In this document: piece after piece, positions 48,072 to 51,207 of the stretch
Layout: each line of letters starts with the position of its first letter
How positions within the stretch are numbered: position 1 is the first letter of the stretch
Virus record (IMG/VR): IMGVR_UViG_3300026907_000016
DNA: 51,207 nucleotides
From: a virus
Reading direction: 5' to 3' (one strand)
Program-made: the position numbers and the translations under genes
The notes under the pieces: generated by a model
What the model was told of the DNA's origin: nothing
Databases searched by the model: none
The model's input: only the letters and a program-made list of their open reading frames with translations

Positions 48072-49187
48072 TTACGCCGCGATCCTCTCAAATGCAGCAC
48101 CGTCGATCTCTCGCAGCTGTTCCAGCGTGAGCCACTGGCCGGTGGGGCTGTAGAAGTCAGGCAACTTAAGGCCGCCTTCTCGCAGGAGCTTAGCGCGCTC
48201 GACGCCGAGCACCTGTTCCTGTCGTTCGCGCGACTGACGTTGCAGCCAGTCCGCGTAGTTCATGTCGGCCGGCACCTGGCCGTCCATGCTTGCCCGTTCG
48301 CCCGGGGTCATCTCGTCGACCGGAATCCCCAGCTCGCGCCAGGACTTGGTAACGATGGCGTCTGTCGAGCGGCAGTTGAAGTGCAAGCGACCCGGACCTT
48401 GCAGCCATGGCACCTTGTGGCCAATCGGCTTGTGGCTTCCGGCCGTATAGGTCAGCTGGTCACGAATACGGCACGGCGCCGATGTCTTGCTGTCCAGCGT
48501 GCTCACCCAGCGGACGGCCTTGACCACATCGTCGTTGGCCGCGGCGAACTGTTCACGCGCCGTCGCAGCGGTGTGGCTGATCGCCGAGCGGATGATCGTC
48601 GCCAGTTCATGCCGGGAGCGCTCAAGGAACCCATCGGCGTATCCGTTGGCCCGAGTGCCGCGAATCTCGCTCACGATCTGCGAGACGGTCTTGCCCTCGA
48701 TGTAGCCTTGGCGAACAGCGTTGCGCACGCGGGCCATGCGATCAGACTCGACGGTCTTCACCCAATCGCGCAGCAGTCGCCCCTGGAACGGCCTGGACAT
48801 CGCAGCGGCGTATGCCTGCTGTGCGCTGATCCTGGCGACCGGGAAGCGCACCTTCACCTGCTCCGGTAACAGCCGCTCGAACAGGTCGAACTGCCATTGC
48901 GTCTCGTAGGCGGCCAACTCCTGCAGCTCGCCGTTAAGCTCCTGCTCAACTCGGCGGTATGCGTCTGCGTTGACCTCGCGCACCGAGCCAAGCAGCGATT
49001 CCAGCCGCTCAACGGTGAACGACTCGGCCGGCATCATGTCCAGCGCCTGCATGAGTTGCGCGGCCAGACTGGCGTCGGTTCGGTTCAGTAGAGCGATGAT
49101 CTTACGGACCACGCCCAGGCTGTACTGCTCGAGCGAGACCTTGTGCGCTACGGCCTCGTCCTGAAGAACCTCGTTTACGGTCGCCAT
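48072..49187 (-). CDS. Head morphogenesis protein (Mu F / SPP1 gp7 family)
   Basis: 371 aa. RWVSTLDSKTSAPCRIRDQLTY is typical of the family. Follows the portal gene. Confidence 0.8.
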   Translation of the reverse strand: MATVNEVLQDEAVAHKVSLEQYSLGVVRKIIALLNRTDASLAAQLMQALDMMPAESFTVERLESLLGSVREVNADAYRRVEQELNGELQELAAYETQWQFDLFERLLPEQVKVRFPVARISAQQAYAAAMSRPFQGRLLRDWVKTVESDRMARVRNAVRQGYIEGKTVSQIVSEIRGTRANGYADGFLERSRHELATIIRSAISHTAATAREQFAAANDDVVKAVRWVSTLDSKTSAPCRIRDQLTYTAGSHKPIGHKVPWLQGPGRLHFNCRSTDAIVTKSWRELGIPVDEMTPGERASMDGQVPADMNYADWLQRQSRERQEQVLGVERAKLLREGGLKLPDFYSPTGQWLTLEQLREIDGAAFERIAA

Positions 49188-50557
49188 CAGAGCGTACCGA
49201 GACGCGGCCCTTGGTCACTGATGCGCTGCTGCTCGGTCTCCCAATCCAGCTCACTGGCCAGCACGCCGCGGCGCTTGTACTCGCTGAACAGGGTTTCGTC
49301 AGACAGCCTGCCCTGCGATGCCATGTTGAGCAGCAGTGGCAGGGTCGTTTCCGGCACGTAGTCTGCGGCGAAGTTGCCATTCGCCTGAACGTGCCCGCCC
49401 TCTGCCTCGCCGATGTAGTCGGCCATGATCTGCAGCACCTGGGCGTATGCGTCCTCAAACTGGGTCGCCATCATCTGCAGCGGCGACATCTCGATTGCTG
49501 CGTCTTCCTTGGCCTGCTCGGCAGTCTTCGGCGATGCGTTCTCGACGCGGAGCAACTTGGCCCCGGCAATCCGCATCTCTTCGAGCAAATCCTTCAGCGA
49601 TACGCGACCAGCCTCGATGGCCTTGCCGGTGTGCTCGACGAACGAAAGCTTGGACTCGGCGTTATCGTTGCGCACCAGGCGACCGCCGCCCACTTCGATC
49701 TCTGCGTCCTTCTCGAAGCCGGCGCCGAACAGGATCGGGACGCGGGCGTAGTGCAGGATGGTGTCCTGATCGCTCTGGCTCTGCCAGTGCTTGACGTTCA
49801 GGTGCGCCAGCTCCAGCAGCGGCGGCTTTGCCGACATGAAGCCTGTGCGCTTGGTGTAGAGCGGCACGATTGGGATGTAGCCAAGGCTGGTCACGCCATC
49901 AGCATACAGCGCCCAACCGTCCTTGCCGTTGTTGCGGTAAACGGCCCAGTAGCCAGGCTCTAGCACACGAACCTGCTCAATGTGCCTCTCGGCGAAGGCG
50001 CCCTGCTCTTCGGAAACCATCTCCATGAAACGGAACTGGGTCAGCTGGCCGCCATCTTCCTTCCAGCCAAGAAGCTGCTCAGGGCGGACGTGGATGGCAT
50101 AAGGACGGGCATTGACTGCAATCAGGTCAGCCGCCGTCACCACGCCTTCAGGCTGATCGGGCTGCGCGATGTTCTGGAAATCGACATAGGCAAAGCTGAT
50201 GGCCTTGCCCAGGGCATCCTCGAACCAGACGCGCCCGAACACGGTGCCATCGTTGCCCTGCTGGTCGATGTCCTGCCAGTACTCCATCAGGCGCGCCGGC
50301 ACATCGTCACCAAGCTGGATCGGCTCGGCGAACACGCGGCTGCCCATGTTCGATACGGTCTCGCTGTACGCCGGCAGCAGGGTAGAAGTCTCGAGACGGC
50401 ACTTATAAGCCTCGGCGTCCTCAGCCGGCCAGCGCGGTAGCAGCGCCTCCCCAGCCTCGCGCATGGCCAGCGTCCCGCCCAGCAGCGGGCCGACGATAGA
50501 CAGGTACTCGCGCATCTTCACCACAGCCGGGTGCAGTACGCTCGGGTCGTCGGTCAT
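49187..50557 (-). CDS. Portal protein
   Basis: 456 aa. Starts 3 nt after the terL stop. Size and position fit a portal, and the N-terminus is DUF4055-like. Confidence 0.85.
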   Translation of the reverse strand: MTDDPSVLHPAVVKMREYLSIVGPLLGGTLAMREAGEALLPRWPAEDAEAYKCRLETSTLLPAYSETVSNMGSRVFAEPIQLGDDVPARLMEYWQDIDQQGNDGTVFGRVWFEDALGKAISFAYVDFQNIAQPDQPEGVVTAADLIAVNARPYAIHVRPEQLLGWKEDGGQLTQFRFMEMVSEEQGAFAERHIEQVRVLEPGYWAVYRNNGKDGWALYADGVTSLGYIPIVPLYTKRTGFMSAKPPLLELAHLNVKHWQSQSDQDTILHYARVPILFGAGFEKDAEIEVGGGRLVRNDNAESKLSFVEHTGKAIEAGRVSLKDLLEEMRIAGAKLLRVENASPKTAEQAKEDAAIEMSPLQMMATQFEDAYAQVLQIMADYIGEAEGGHVQANGNFAADYVPETTLPLLLNMASQGRLSDETLFSEYKRRGVLASELDWETEQQRISDQGPRLGTL

Positions 50558-50560
50558 CGG

Positions 50561-51207
50561 TCACATCCTTAGAGGCTGAGAGGTCGCCACTCGGCGAACA
50601 ATCGGATATTCGTGGTGTATGAAGTAGCCCCCGGCGTCAGGCCGGTGGTCGTTGCCCTGCGACTTATCGGGCTCGCCATTGGCTGCCCATACCTGCTGCT
50701 CTAGGTCGTCGGCGTACATGGGGCACTTTTCGGCGTTCACCTTGTACCGGCGCTCGCCTGCTGCGTTGTGAAACATGGCGTTCATGGCGTTGACCCGATC
50801 CTTGACGGGCGGGTTAGCGGCCGGGGCCTTCACCTTGAAGCCTGCCTGCTTGAGCAGATCGATATCGGTCGCGCTAGCGTTCACCGACTTGCGGGAATCG
50901 CCCGATGCGTCCGGGTAGATCAGGATCTCGCACGTCTTGTGGTACGCGCCGTTCTCGTAGCGCCAGTAGCGCTCCTTGATGCGCTTGATCATGTCCGGTG
51001 TGTCGTAGCCGTCGACCAGCTCATCCACCGCACAGGGCAGGCCGTCGCGCTTCACGTGGGTGATCGCGCTCATTTTGCCAACGTTGAAGTCCATCCCGAT
51101 GTGCAGCGCCTCGCCAGGCTGGTGCACTTCCTTGCATCCGTTCAGCTTGCGGTCGTAGGCGTGGTAGACCGTGCCAGACAGCAGGTTGACGAACTGGCCA
51201 TCCAGAT
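50561..51207 (-). CDS. terL: Terminase large subunit, C-terminal nuclease part (continuation of 1..776; 51081-51207 duplicates 1-127)
   Basis: ...HIGMDFNVGKMSAITHV...ILIYPDASGDSR...GNDHRPDAGGYFIHHE (RNase H-like acidic residues). Confidence 0.85.
   Translation of the reverse strand, partial: LDGQFVNLLSGTVYHAYDRKLNGCKEVHQPGEALHIGMDFNVGKMSAITHVKRDGLPCAVDELVDGYDTPDMIKRIKERYWRYENGAYHKTCEILIYPDASGDSRKSVNASATDIDLLKQAGFKVKAPAANPPVKDRVNAMNAMFHNAAGERRYKVNAEKCPMYADDLEQQVWAANGEPDKSQGNDHRPDAGGYFIHHEYPIVRRVATSQPLRM

Overview
The window is a complete, circularly closed genome of a high-GC temperate lambdoid siphovirus or prophage. About 51,080 bp are unique, because bases 1-127 recur exactly at 51081-51207. 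The host is probably Pseudomonas-like, but that rests only on composition and gene families. I could run no searches, so family names come from motifs I read in the translations.

Two arms diverge from an immunity region (cro ends at 13674 on the minus strand; cI starts at 13792 on the plus strand).

Minus-strand arm, running 13674 down to 1 and then 51080 down to 29819:
- cro, a cII-like gene, and an O-like initiator with an internal iteron origin
- DnaB and a nin-like block (NinB, Ref-like HNH, Hjc-like resolvase, phosphoesterase)
- a Q-like gene, a holin, and a protease-like gene pair
- terS and terL (terL is cut by the linearisation point), portal, Mu-F-like head protein, scaffold, major capsid
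- an inserted glycosyltransferase-like plus TylF-like methyltransferase pair
- connectors, tail tube, G/GT chaperones with a canonical GGGAAAC slip site, tape measure
- an RcGTA-like distal tail module and fibres
- a strong terminator, then endolysin and spanins

Plus-strand arm:
- cI and a four-gene lipoprotein/membrane cassette
- a second operator cluster with PL
- a 450-nt ORF-free structured region followed by tRNA-Thr
- about 25 small early genes, including a Rad52/Sak-like annealase, Gp157 and a C5 DNA methyltransferase
- an AlpA-like Xis, DUF4224, a tyrosine integrase, and attP carrying the 3' part of a tRNA-Leu

Items most worth a second look:
1. The dcm locus (22732-23554) holds two co-extensive ORFs in different frames, both with family-like motifs.
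2. The structured non-coding element at 16852-17275.
3. The membrane cassette linked to cI.
4. The glycosyltransferase/methyltransferase pair translationally coupled to the capsid gene.
5. The proteasome-like plus HExxH peptidase pair next to the terminase.
6. An AT-rich domain swap inside the host-specificity protein.
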